From assembly GCA_034428315.1 (NCBI GenBank), contig DAOUID010000314.1:1-37941 (forward strand): a DNA stretch of 37,941 nt, given 5' to 3'. Shown one piece after another: positions 28,886 to 37,336 of this stretch. Numbering within the stretch: the stretch's first letter is position 1; every line of letters begins with the position of its first letter. The translations under genes were made by a program, and so were the position numbers. Under the pieces are notes generated by a model. It ran no database searches, was not told the DNA's origin, and was given only the letters and a program-made list of their open reading frames with translations. Source of the stretch: Dehalococcoidia bacterium. Lineage in GTDB: Bacteria; Chloroflexota; Dehalococcoidia; Tepidiformales; Tepidiformaceae.

Positions 28886-29446
28886 GTGAGCGACCTGCCT
28901 TCACTCGTGCGTGCGACCACGGCAGAGGCGTACGCGCTGGCCGACAAGACGGGCCGTCTGCCTGAGCGGATCGAGGTCGAAGCCAGCTTCGACGTGGACG
29001 CTGTGGGGGGCCTCGCTCTCAACCAATCCCGTCGGTCTCCCGGTGCGGTGAAGATGAAGATGGAGCTGGCTCCCCAGGCGGCGCCTCCAGGACTGCGCCT
29101 GATAGCAGACCACGCCGCGAGAGAGTCCGTGAGGGGCCGGAAGAAGCGCACGCGCAAGCGGATCAACCACACGATCCTCTACCGAAGACAGGGCGGATAC
29201 TGCGCCGGCTGCCGCCACTACTTTCAGCCGAGGAATCTGACCATCGACCACGTGTTACCACGAGTCGGCGGCGGAAGCGACGAGATTGCCAACCTGCAGC
29301 TTCTCTGCGAGGCCTGCAACCAGCTCAAGGGAAACGGAACGCAGAAGGCGTTGTTGGCCGAATTACGAGCGCGGGGCTTCGTCAATGCCGGGCCGAATAC
29401 ACCGCCGCGTGAGGAGGGCCCGGGCGCTAGGAAGTCGGCGAGGTGA
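28886..29446 (+). CDS. HNH endonuclease with an N-terminal beta-rich module
   Basis: GTG 28886 lies 8 nt after AGGAGG. HNH core CAGCRHYF...LTIDHVLPRVGGGSDEIANLQLLCEACNQLKGN (29201-29329). N-terminal segment ERIEVEASFDVDAVGGLALNQSRRSPGAVKMKMEL. Confidence 0.85.
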   Translation: MSDLPSLVRATTAEAYALADKTGRLPERIEVEASFDVDAVGGLALNQSRRSPGAVKMKMELAPQAAPPGLRLIADHAARESVRGRKKRTRKRINHTILYRRQGGYCAGCRHYFQPRNLTIDHVLPRVGGGSDEIANLQLLCEACNQLKGNGTQKALLAELRARGFVNAGPNTPPREEGPGARKSAR

Positions 29447-29573
29447 ATGCAAGCCCAGCGGCGCCGTTTCAATCCCCACCCGGGCCTCGGATCTGCAGAC
29501 ATGACGAAGGGCCACGCATATGGGTGGGGGCCGGGGACACCGCCGCCACCGGCGATGGCCCCGTGCCCGTCCT

Positions 29574-30285
29574 CTAGGCGGCCAGCGCCCCCTTCTGCTC
29601 CTGCTCGAGCGCCCACTCGAACAGGGGGAGCGTGGGGGCTTCGTCGCGACGCCGGCCACGAGGCGGATGCGGATCCTCCTGCTCGTCGGCCAGGAACTCC
29701 GCCCACGAGAACAACGAACGCTGCTGCTCGGGCGCATCCTTGCGGCGCGCTTCCGCTGCGCTCGTGACCGCGATCGCAACCGGCTCGGGCACGCGCCACT
29801 CGTCGTCGACCAGCAGCGCCTCGGCCTCCGCCGCGACCTGCTGGGCCTCGGCGAAGACCGACTCGACCGAGCCGGCGTCCTCCTCGCCCGCGACGATCTT
29901 TCTCGCCAGGGCGAGCATGAGGTCGTCACCGTCGTCCCCGTAAGCGGCGAGGCCGTCCTCGGGCAGCTCGCCCTCAACGGCAAGCGACGACTGGAGCTTC
30001 TGCGCCACGAGCTTGAGGGCGTCGGCCTGCAGGGTGTTCCGGTAGGCCATGAAGACGACCTGGACGGGCTCGGTCTGGCCGATGCGCCAGGAGCGCCGTG
30101 ATGCCTGCCTCATCGTATAGACCGAGTAGTCCGTCTCCGCCCATACGATTGTTGGAAACTGCGCTGGCGGCTCGTGCGGCCGTCCTTGAGGGAATCACCT
30201 CGTCGCGCCCGACGGTGTGCTTGACGAAGCCGTAGCGCTCGATCCAGCGGCTTCCTCGCGCGGCGGAAGTGCCGGTGTGAAGCAA
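29574..30285 (-). pseudogene. Remnant of an SNF2-family helicase C-terminus
   Basis: IVWAETDYSVYTMRQASRRSWRIGQTEPVQVVFMAYRNTLQADALKLVAQK is helicase motif VI context (QAxxRxxRIGQ). The frame is open only back to 30194. Further upstream, homology-like sequence (SRWIERYGFVKHTVGRDEV) is in another frame. No motif I-IV region exists. Confidence 0.6.
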
Positions 30286-30289
30286 TGCT

Positions 30290-30466
30290 CTACTCTAATT
30301 CGTCCTCCTGGACATGGGCTCGTGACTTCGAGCTCTCCTCACCTACCGGCACCTCCTGCCGACGCAGGTGCTCTCGCACGATGATCCGCGCGAGTATCCG
30401 CAGCCCTGATTCGAGCATCTCGCGCTGTTCCGGCGTGTACTCGTCTTGGCCCTTCGCGTCGTCCAT
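30290..30466 (-). CDS. Hypothetical small protein (58 aa)
   Basis: MDDAKGQDEYTPEQREMLESGLRILARIIVREHLRRQ... is the only protein-like part of the 710-aa antisense artefact ORF 30290..32422. Function unknown. Confidence 0.3.
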   Translation of the reverse strand: MDDAKGQDEYTPEQREMLESGLRILARIIVREHLRRQEVPVGEESSKSRAHVQEDELE

Positions 30467-30598
30467 GCTCCCGACCTCCGTTCCGTGACCTCTCAGCATC
30501 CCCGCGCAGTGGCGCGCGCGGAAGGTCCTGAAAGGGGGTGCGTAGGTGAACCCAGGGCCCTCCCCGGCGCCTTGCCGCGACCTCGGTAGACTGGCGCC

Positions 30599-32170
30599 GT
30601 GCCCGCCAGCACCAAGGACGCCAACAGCGCCACCACCGGCTACGAGGCCGAGCTGTGGGGGATGGCCGACGCCCTCCGCGGGAGCATGGACGCCGCCGAG
30701 TACAAGCACGTCGTCCTCGGGCTCATCTTTCTCAAGTACATCTCCGATGCCTTCGAGGAGGCTCACGCCAAGCTGGAGTCCGAGCGCGACCAGGGTGCCG
30801 ACCCTGAGGACCCCGACGAGTACCGCGCCCAGAGCATCTTCTGGGTGCCGCCTGAGGCGCGCTGGGCGCACCTGAAGGCGCAGGCCAAGCAACCGACCAT
30901 CGGGCAGCTGGTCGACGATGCCATGGCCGCCATCGAGCGGGACAACGAGGGGCTCAAGGACGTGCTCCCCAAGGACTACGCCCGCCCCGCCCTCGACAAG
31001 ACGCGCCTTGGCCAACTCATCGACCTCGTCAGCAACATCCGGGTCGGGGACGAAGAGTCCCGCTCGCGGGACGTGCTCGGCAGGGTCTACGAGTACTTCC
31101 TGTCGCGGTTCGCCAGCGCCGAGGGGAAGCGGGGCGGGGAGTTCTACACGCCTCGCTCCGTCGTCAGGCTGCTCGTCGAGATGCTCGAGCCGTACAACGG
31201 TCGTGTGTACGACCCCTGCTGCGGCTCCGCCGGCATGTTCGTGCAGTCGGTCGAGTTCATCCGGGCGCATGCCAGCGGGAACGGCAACGGCGGCAAGGCC
31301 CGCGCCGACATCTCCATCTACGGCCAGGAGTCCAACTACACGACGTGGCGCCTCGCCCGCATGAATCTCGCCATCCGCGGCATCGAGGGCCAGATTGCCC
31401 ACGGCGACACCTTCCACAACGATCGCCACCCCGACCTGAAGGCCGACTTCATCCTCGCCAATCCCCACTTCAACGACTCCGAGTGGCAGGGGGAGCTCCT
31501 CACCGACGACCAGCGCTGGGCCTACGGCGTCCCGCCCGCGGGGAACGCCAACTTCGCCTGGGTGCAGCACATGGCGCACCACCTCGCGCCGAACGGTGTG
31601 GCCGGCTTCGTGCTGGCCAACGGCTCGATGTCGTCGAACCAGTCGGGCGAGGGCGAGATCCGCAAGAACCTGATCGAGGCTGGCCTCGTCGACTGCATGG
31701 TGGCACTGCCCGGCCAGCTCTTCTACTCGACCCAGATACCCGCCTGCCTCTGGTTCCTCGCCCGAAACCGCCACGGCGGGAGCCACGACCGAAGCGACAA
31801 GGTGCTCTTCATCGACGCCCGCAAGGTGGGCCACATGGTCGACCGCACGCACCGCGAGCTTAGCGACGACGACATTCAGCGTGTCGCCGACACCTACCAC
31901 GCCTGGCGAGGCGAGGAGGACGTGGGCGAGTACGCCGACGTCCCCGGCTTCTGCAAGAGCGCCACGCTTGAGGAGGTGCGCAAGCACGGCCACGTGCTTA
32001 CCCCCGGACGCTACGTCGGCACCGAGCCGCAGGCAGACGACGGCGAGCCCTTCGCGGAGAAGATGGCCCGCCTCAGCACGCAGTGGCGCGAGCAGCAGGC
32101 CGAGGCGGCCAAGCTCGATGAAGCGATCGAGGAGAACCTGCGCAGCCTGGGGTTCCCTGAAACGGGGTGA
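30599..32170 (+). CDS. hsdM: Type I restriction-modification system methyltransferase subunit
   Basis: HsdM_N pattern [52 protein letters not shown]. Motif [13 protein letters not shown]. Motif IV NPHFN. GTG start. Confidence 0.93.
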   Translation: MPASTKDANSATTGYEAELWGMADALRGSMDAAEYKHVVLGLIFLKYISDAFEEAHAKLESERDQGADPEDPDEYRAQSIFWVPPEARWAHLKAQAKQPTIGQLVDDAMAAIERDNEGLKDVLPKDYARPALDKTRLGQLIDLVSNIRVGDEESRSRDVLGRVYEYFLSRFASAEGKRGGEFYTPRSVVRLLVEMLEPYNGRVYDPCCGSAGMFVQSVEFIRAHASGNGNGGKARADISIYGQESNYTTWRLARMNLAIRGIEGQIAHGDTFHNDRHPDLKADFILANPHFNDSEWQGELLTDDQRWAYGVPPAGNANFAWVQHMAHHLAPNGVAGFVLANGSMSSNQSGEGEIRKNLIEAGLVDCMVALPGQLFYSTQIPACLWFLARNRHGGSHDRSDKVLFIDARKVGHMVDRTHRELSDDDIQRVADTYHAWRGEEDVGEYADVPGFCKSATLEEVRKHGHVLTPGRYVGTEPQADDGEPFAEKMARLSTQWREQQAEAAKLDEAIEENLRSLGFPETG

Positions 32171-32185
32171 AGTAGCACATACCTG

Positions 32186-32214
32186 TTGTGTCAGTTTCCC
32201 CAAAGTCCCATAAT
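32186..32214 (+). promoter_or_regulatory. Possible internal promoter for higB
   Basis: TTGTGT (32186-32191), a 17-nt spacer, then CATAAT (32209-32214). It lies in the AT-rich 58-nt gap after hsdM. Consensus match only. Confidence 0.3.
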
Positions 32215-32228
32215 GGGATCGAGGCGGT

Positions 32229-32528
32229 TTGCACTTGCACATCATCGCCAAACGGACACTGCGGAAATTCTGGGAGAGCCACCCGAACGCTGAGCAACCG
32301 CTGCTTGCCTGGTTCCGCACAGTCGAACACGAAGACTGGGACACGCCGGCGAAGGTGAAGGCGAGGTTCCCGAAGGCCAGCATCGTTGGCGACAGCCGCG
32401 TGGTCTTCAACATCCGGGGCAACGAGTACCGCCTCGTTGTCCACGTCCACTATCCGTCTCGGCGCGTCTATATCCGGTTCGTGGGGACGCATGCCGAGTA
32501 CGACCGCATTGATGCACGGGAGGTGTAG
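32229..32528 (+). CDS. higB: Type II toxin HigB family (mRNA interferase)
   Basis: HIIAKRTLRKFWESHPNAEQPLLAWFRTVEHEDWDTPAKVKARFPKASIVGDSRVVFNIRGNEYRLVVHVHY is the canonical HigB_toxin pattern. TTG start at 32229 or 32235. Confidence 0.85.
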   Translation: MHLHIIAKRTLRKFWESHPNAEQPLLAWFRTVEHEDWDTPAKVKARFPKASIVGDSRVVFNIRGNEYRLVVHVHYPSRRVYIRFVGTHAEYDRIDAREV

Positions 32529-32561
32529 CAACTACCACCGTCACCCTAGGGCCGGAATGAT

Positions 32562-33785
32562 ATGGAGAGAGATATGGTCAACGTGAGGCCCATCCGAACC
32601 GAAGCCGACTACGAAGCCGCTCTGGCGCGCGTTGCGGAGCTCATGGACGCCCGCGAAGGGACGCCCGAGGGGGAGGAACTTGACGTGCTCGCCGACCTCG
32701 TCGAGGTCTATGAGGACAAGCACTTCCCCATGGGCTACCCCGACCCCGTCGCCGCGATCGAATTCTGCATGGACCAGCAGGACCTGGCCCCGCGCGACCT
32801 CGTTCCCTACATCGGGAGCCGCGCTCGGGTGTCCGAGGTGCTCTCGGGGAAGCGAGCGATCACGATGTCCATGGCGCGAGCACTGCACGAGCACCTCGGC
32901 ATCCCCGCCGAGGTGCTCCTGCAGAAGCCTGCCCCCGCCGGCGATGCCGCCCTCGACACCCTCGACGCCGAGCGCTTCCCCCTCAAGGAGATGGCGAAGC
33001 GCGCCTGGATACCCGATGTTCCGAACCTCAAGGAGCGAGCAAGCGAACTGGTGGCCGGGCTCCTCGGTCGCGCCGGCGGCCCCGATGCCCTCACCGCAGT
33101 CCCGATGTACCGGAAGAACGACCACCAGCGCATCAACGCCAAGACCGATCCCCACGCCCTGCGAGCCTGGTGCTGGCAGGTGCTCGCTTCTGCGCACGAC
33201 GACCCTCCGAGCGCCGAGTACGAGACCGGAACTGTCACCCTTGAGTTCTTGCGGGCAGTCGCGCAGTTGAGCGTGTCGGAGGACGGACCGGTACGGGCGA
33301 AGGACTATCTCGCCGACCACGGGATCGCCCTCCGCGTGGAGCGCCACCTCCCGCGGACACACCTCGACGGCGCCGCCTTCCGGCTGCCGGGGAAGCCGCC
33401 CGTCATCGGCCTCACGCTGCGCTACGACCGCATCGACAACTTCTGGTTCTGCCTGCTGCACGAGCTGGCCCACATCGGCCGCCACTTTGACGGCCGCCCC
33501 GAGGGCTTTGTCGACGACTTCGACCTCCCGGGGGAGAGCGCACGCGAGACGGAGGCCGACGAGTGGGCGCAGGAAGCGCTCATCCCGAGCGACGAGTGGC
33601 AACGGAGCGCGATCTGGCTGGAGCCAGCTCCCCTGAATGTGTACTACCTGGCGAACTCCCTGGACATCCATCCCGCCATCGTCGCCGGCAGGATCCGCCG
33701 CGAGACCGACGACTATCGGCGCCTCTCGCAACTGGTCGGGACGGGCCAGGTCCGCCAGCAGTTCGAGGAGAAAGAGGCCGAGTGA
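32562..33785 (+). CDS. HigA-like HTH antitoxin fused to an ImmA/IrrE (COG2856) zinc metallopeptidase domain
   Basis: The N-terminus is PIRTEADYEAALARVAELMDA...DPVAAIEFCMDQQDLAPRDLVPYIGSRARVSEVLSGKRAITMSMARALHEHLGIP (HigA/XRE HTH). The C-terminus has FWFCLLHELAHI (HEXXH at 33459-33473) and EADEWAQEALIP. Confidence 0.85.
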   Translation: MERDMVNVRPIRTEADYEAALARVAELMDAREGTPEGEELDVLADLVEVYEDKHFPMGYPDPVAAIEFCMDQQDLAPRDLVPYIGSRARVSEVLSGKRAITMSMARALHEHLGIPAEVLLQKPAPAGDAALDTLDAERFPLKEMAKRAWIPDVPNLKERASELVAGLLGRAGGPDALTAVPMYRKNDHQRINAKTDPHALRAWCWQVLASAHDDPPSAEYETGTVTLEFLRAVAQLSVSEDGPVRAKDYLADHGIALRVERHLPRTHLDGAAFRLPGKPPVIGLTLRYDRIDNFWFCLLHELAHIGRHFDGRPEGFVDDFDLPGESARETEADEWAQEALIPSDEWQRSAIWLEPAPLNVYYLANSLDIHPAIVAGRIRRETDDYRRLSQLVGTGQVRQQFEEKEAE

Positions 33786-34426
33786 CTGAATTCGTACCCG
33801 TAGGCGACCTTCACGTCGTCCTTCAAACGGGACCGCAGACTGTGGACTGGGTGATCGTGGCAGCGACTGTGGTGATCGCTGTATCCGCCCTCGCCTCCCT
33901 CTGGTTGAACTGGCGGCTGACCCAGGACAATCGTGCGCTCCGGAAAGCTGGCACGGAGCCGGTGGTAGTGGCCTACCTGGAGATCAAGAGACTGTCCGCC
34001 GCCTACTTGATCTATCTCGCGCTGGAGAATGTTGGGCAAGGGCCTGCGCTCGATGTGGAGTACTTCGTGGATGCCGACCCTCAAGACTTCGCTGCCCACG
34101 GAGTCCTGAAGGTGCCTGTGAGGACTCAACGCAAGGTTGCGAGTCTGCTTCCACAAGGTGGACGGATCGAGCGCTTCATGGGAGGCAGCACGACCCTGCT
34201 TGGTGACAGCGAAGAGGCTGGGCTTCAGCCCTTCCGCGTTAGGGTCTCCTACACAAACCTGCGGGGCGTTGCTGCTGAGTCCAAAGAGTACCCCCAAGAC
34301 ATCTCCGAGGTGAGAGAAGTCGTGGAGGTTGTCCCCTCCGACGAACGGATTGCGAAGGCCCTCGAGAAAATCGAGAAGCACCTCTCTAGAGACGCCGCTG
34401 ACGAAGCGGGGGAAGAAGTGTCATGA
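33782..34426 (+). CDS. Hypothetical single-pass membrane protein
   Basis: GTG 33782 gives a GTGA overlap with the upstream stop. One TM helix, WVIVAATVVIAVSALASLWLNW, then a roughly 170-aa soluble part with an acidic tail. ATGA overlap with the hsdS start. No family recognised. Confidence 0.5.
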   Translation: MTEFVPVGDLHVVLQTGPQTVDWVIVAATVVIAVSALASLWLNWRLTQDNRALRKAGTEPVVVAYLEIKRLSAAYLIYLALENVGQGPALDVEYFVDADPQDFAAHGVLKVPVRTQRKVASLLPQGGRIERFMGGSTTLLGDSEEAGLQPFRVRVSYTNLRGVAAESKEYPQDISEVREVVEVVPSDERIAKALEKIEKHLSRDAADEAGEEVS

Positions 34427-35658
34427 CGCCAGCCGAAGGATGGCGAAATGCCTCGTGGGGCGATCTGGCAACACTGGAGTACGGCAAGTCGCTGCGCGGG
34501 TATCAGGAGTCGGACGGCCCCTATCGCGTCTACGGCACGAACGGGCCGATAGGGTGGCACTCGGAGGCGCTGTGCCCCTTCCCTAGTGTGGTCATCGGAA
34601 GGAAGGGAGCCTATCGGGGCGTGCACTACTCGGCCGGACCCTTTCATGTCATCGATACGGCCTTCTACCTCAGGCCCAAGGTCGAGCTAGACACCAAGTG
34701 GGCCTACTACCAACTCCTCACCCAGAACATCAACGGGATGGACAGCGGCTCCGCGATACCCTCAACCAGCCGTGAGGACTTCTACAGCCTGCCGGTCGAT
34801 GTACCGCCCCTGGACGAGCAGCGCGCCATCGCCCACGTCCTCGGGACGCTCGACGACAAGATCGAGCTGAACCGCCGCATGAACAAGACCCTCGAGGCGA
34901 TGGCGCGGGCCCTGTTCCGGTCGTGGTTCGTCGACTTCGATCCCGTCCGCGCGAAGATGGAGGGACGCTGGCGTTCGGGCGAGTCCCTCCCCGGCCTCCC
35001 CGCCCACCTCCACCCCCTCTTCCCTGACCGCCTCGTCCCCTCCGAGCTCGGCGACATCCCCGAGGGCTGGGAGGTTCTTCGCGCCGGCGAGGCTGTGACA
35101 GTGGGCGGGGGCAGCACACCCAGCACGAAAGAGCCGTCGTATTGGGATGGCGAGCATTGCTTTGCGACGCCCAAGGACCTGTCCCTCCTGCAAGCGCCCG
35201 TCCTTGCCTCAACCGCGCGCAAGCTGACTGATGCAGGCGTTGCGCGGATTCGGTCGGGGTTGCTGCCGCCCGGGACGGTGCTGCTCTCATCCCGGGCGCC
35301 GATTGGTTACCTGGCTATCACCGAAACTCCCGTCGCTATCAATCAAGGCATTGTCGCCATGGTCTGCGATGGACCGATAGGTGCCCAGTACGCGCTGAAC
35401 TGGACGCGGGTCAACATGGACGCCATCGAAGCGAGAGCGAGTGGCACCACCTTCGCTGAGATCAGCAAATCCTCGTTCCGCGACCTGCCCTTCCTGACTC
35501 CATCTGGACCCGTTCATGCTGCGTACGAAGCGACAACAGGGCCGCTCTACAGACGGGTCTCAGGGGTGGCTCGGCAATCCCGAGCCTTGGCCGCGCAGCG
35601 TGATACGCTGCTGCCACAGCTGGTGTCTGGCGAGTGGCGAGTTGTCACGAGAGCGTAA
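34423..35658 (+). CDS. hsdS: Type I restriction-modification system specificity subunit
   Basis: Two target-recognition halves are separated by the conserved PPLDEQRAIAHVLGTLDDKIELNRRMNKTLEAMARALFRSWFVDFDPV. C-terminal conserved helix ALAAQRDTLLPQLVSGE. Confidence 0.9.
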   Translation: MTPAEGWRNASWGDLATLEYGKSLRGYQESDGPYRVYGTNGPIGWHSEALCPFPSVVIGRKGAYRGVHYSAGPFHVIDTAFYLRPKVELDTKWAYYQLLTQNINGMDSGSAIPSTSREDFYSLPVDVPPLDEQRAIAHVLGTLDDKIELNRRMNKTLEAMARALFRSWFVDFDPVRAKMEGRWRSGESLPGLPAHLHPLFPDRLVPSELGDIPEGWEVLRAGEAVTVGGGSTPSTKEPSYWDGEHCFATPKDLSLLQAPVLASTARKLTDAGVARIRSGLLPPGTVLLSSRAPIGYLAITETPVAINQGIVAMVCDGPIGAQYALNWTRVNMDAIEARASGTTFAEISKSSFRDLPFLTPSGPVHAAYEATTGPLYRRVSGVARQSRALAAQRDTLLPQLVSGEWRVVTRA

Positions 35659-35675
35659 GCCCAAAGGATCTGATA

Positions 35676-36548
35676 ATGGCACTTATCCCTCCCTTCTTCT
35701 TGAACACGACAGTTGCGCTCGGCGTCCCCTTACAGGACGGAGAAGTGCAATTCAGCGCCACGGGTTTTCTGTACGGTCACCCTACAGGCCAAGTTGATGA
35801 TCAAGGCGATAATTTCTATTGGCTGTTCCTTGTAACTAATCGCCACGTTTTTGAACAGGCAATACAAAGAAGTCAAACAATGATGGCTCGATTCAATAGG
35901 CCCTTCGGGTCCGAGCCCAACATGTACCGGCTAGACTTGAGTCAAGACGACGGAAGCCCCTCGTGGTTTGCTCATCCCCTTGCGGAGAATGATGTTGCAG
36001 TAATGTACATTAACCACGAGGCACTAAAGAGTGATGGTATTGAGTACGCATTTTTCGAAGAAGGAAGGCACACGTGTTCTTTGGAGGATGCCCGTACTTC
36101 AGGCGTCAGCGAAGGGGATGGAGTCTTCACCCTAGGGTTTCCCCTCGGAAATACCGGGGAAGAGAGGAACTACGCAATAGTGAGACAGGGCATCATAGCC
36201 AGGATCAGAAACTGGCTCAGCGGAACCACTCATATGTTCCTTATCGATGCTTCTGTTTTCCCCGGAAACAGCGGTGGTCCAGTACTGCTCAAGCCGGAAG
36301 CAATTGCTATTGAGGGGACACAAACTAATGCCCACTGCAGCCTAATTGGGATGGTGTCCTCTTATTTGACATATACAGAAGTCGCGGTAAGTGAGCAGAC
36401 GGGTCGTCCGCGGATGATATTCGAGGAGAACTCTGGTTTGGCGAGCGTGGTCCCTCAGAACGTCATTCAGCAAACGGTTTCCCTTGCTGTGGACAGACTT
36501 GGCCTGCGTAGGCAGGTTGCCCCTGCTGAGCCTAGGAGTGTGGAGTAG
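35676..36548 (+). CDS. Trypsin-like (S1/Trypsin_2) serine protease
   Basis: 290 aa from ATG 35676. Catalytic triad context: LVTNRHV (His57, 35844), ENDVAVM (Asp106, 35991), FPGNSGGPVLL (Ser199, 36270). No signal peptide is evident. GC is visibly lower than in the neighbours. Confidence 0.8.
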   Translation: MALIPPFFLNTTVALGVPLQDGEVQFSATGFLYGHPTGQVDDQGDNFYWLFLVTNRHVFEQAIQRSQTMMARFNRPFGSEPNMYRLDLSQDDGSPSWFAHPLAENDVAVMYINHEALKSDGIEYAFFEEGRHTCSLEDARTSGVSEGDGVFTLGFPLGNTGEERNYAIVRQGIIARIRNWLSGTTHMFLIDASVFPGNSGGPVLLKPEAIAIEGTQTNAHCSLIGMVSSYLTYTEVAVSEQTGRPRMIFEENSGLASVVPQNVIQQTVSLAVDRLGLRRQVAPAEPRSVE

Positions 36549-36602
36549 AGGCCGTTCCCCGAAGATGCCGCTCAGCGCTGTTTGTGTTTGACACCCTGAG
36601 CG

Positions 36603-36869
36603 ATGCAGGCCGATCATGACGAGGCCGATAGGCAACTCATCATGGACTGGCGCGAGCACATCACCGTGGACCCGAACGTCTGCCATGGGCAGGCCTGCAT
36701 CGTGGATACACGCGTCACGGTCAGTGTCATCCTCGACAACCTCGCCGCCGGCCTGACGGGAGAGGAGGTCGCTGAGAGCTATCCGTCCGTTCCCGCCGAG
36801 GCAGTCACGGCGACCCTCCAGTACGCGGCGGAGCTGGCCAGGGAGCGGCCGGCGCCGCTGGGCCCATGA
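36603..36869 (+). CDS. DUF433 domain protein (antitoxin-like)
   Basis: ITVDPNVCHGQACIVDTRVTVSVILDNLAAGLTGEEVAESYPSVPAEAVTATLQYAAEL is the DUF433 pattern. The likely start is ATG 36642 rather than 36603. ATGA overlap with hicA. Confidence 0.75.
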   Translation: MQADHDEADRQLIMDWREHITVDPNVCHGQACIVDTRVTVSVILDNLAAGLTGEEVAESYPSVPAEAVTATLQYAAELARERPAPLGP

Positions 36870-37108
36870 GCCGCGACGACAACCTGCGAGAGAGAATTCT
36901 CAGTGGGCAGTCCGACGCTAACATCCGCTTCGAGGACCTCCGTTCGTTCCTGTTGCGGCTGGGCTTTGCCGAACGCACCCGCGGGGGCCACCATATGTTC
37001 AGGAAAGAGGGCGTCCGCGAGCTGATCAATCTGCAGAGACACGGGAGCCAGACGAAGCCCTACCAGGTGCGGCAGGTCCGTCAGGCAATCCTGAAGTACC
37101 ACCTGTGA
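36866..37108 (+). CDS. hicA: Type II toxin HicA family (mRNA interferase)
   Basis: 80 aa. FEDLRSFLLRLGFAERTRGGHHMFRKEG...LQRHGSQTKPYQVRQVRQAI is the HicA/YcfA pattern. Confidence 0.85.
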   Translation: MSRDDNLRERILSGQSDANIRFEDLRSFLLRLGFAERTRGGHHMFRKEGVRELINLQRHGSQTKPYQVRQVRQAILKYHL

Positions 37109-37117
37109 GGAACCCAG

Positions 37118-37330
37118 ATGCATAAGTACGAAGTCATCATCTATTGGAGCAACGAGGACGACGCCTTCATCGCTGAGGTTCCCGAGCTACCCGCCTGCAG
37201 CGCCCACGGCGACACCAAGTCGGCCGCCCTGCAGAGCGTCGAGCAGGCCATCGAGCTCTGGATCGACACCGCGCGGGAGTTCGGCGACCCCGTCCCGGAG
37301 CCCCGGGGTGAGCGCCTGATGCTGGCGTAA
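37118..37330 (+). CDS. hicB: Type II antitoxin HicB family
   Basis: 70 aa. YEVIIYWSNEDDAFIAEVPELPACSAHGDTKSAALQSVEQAIELWIDTAREFGDPVPEP is the HicB/UPF0150 pattern. Confidence 0.85.
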   Translation: MHKYEVIIYWSNEDDAFIAEVPELPACSAHGDTKSAALQSVEQAIELWIDTAREFGDPVPEPRGERLMLA

Positions 37331-37336
37331 GGCCGC

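Noticed and set aside
30290-32422. 710-aa minus-strand ORF antisense to hsdM
   Set aside because: The translation is low-complexity (G/A/V/L/D) across the hsdM antisense. hsdM on the plus strand has all its diagnostic motifs. Only the terminal 58 aa were kept, as a low-confidence small ORF.
32541-33731. 396-aa minus-strand ORF opposite the higA::ImmA gene, and 37187..37882(-) opposite hsdR
   Set aside because: Antisense shadow ORFs. The plus-strand products have HTH/HEXXH and HSDR_N signatures respectively.
36569-36602. Hairpin cgctcag-N20-ctgagcg after the protease gene, considered as a terminator
   Set aside because: The loop is long, there is no following T-tract, and the next gene starts immediately. 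This is not enough for a terminator call.
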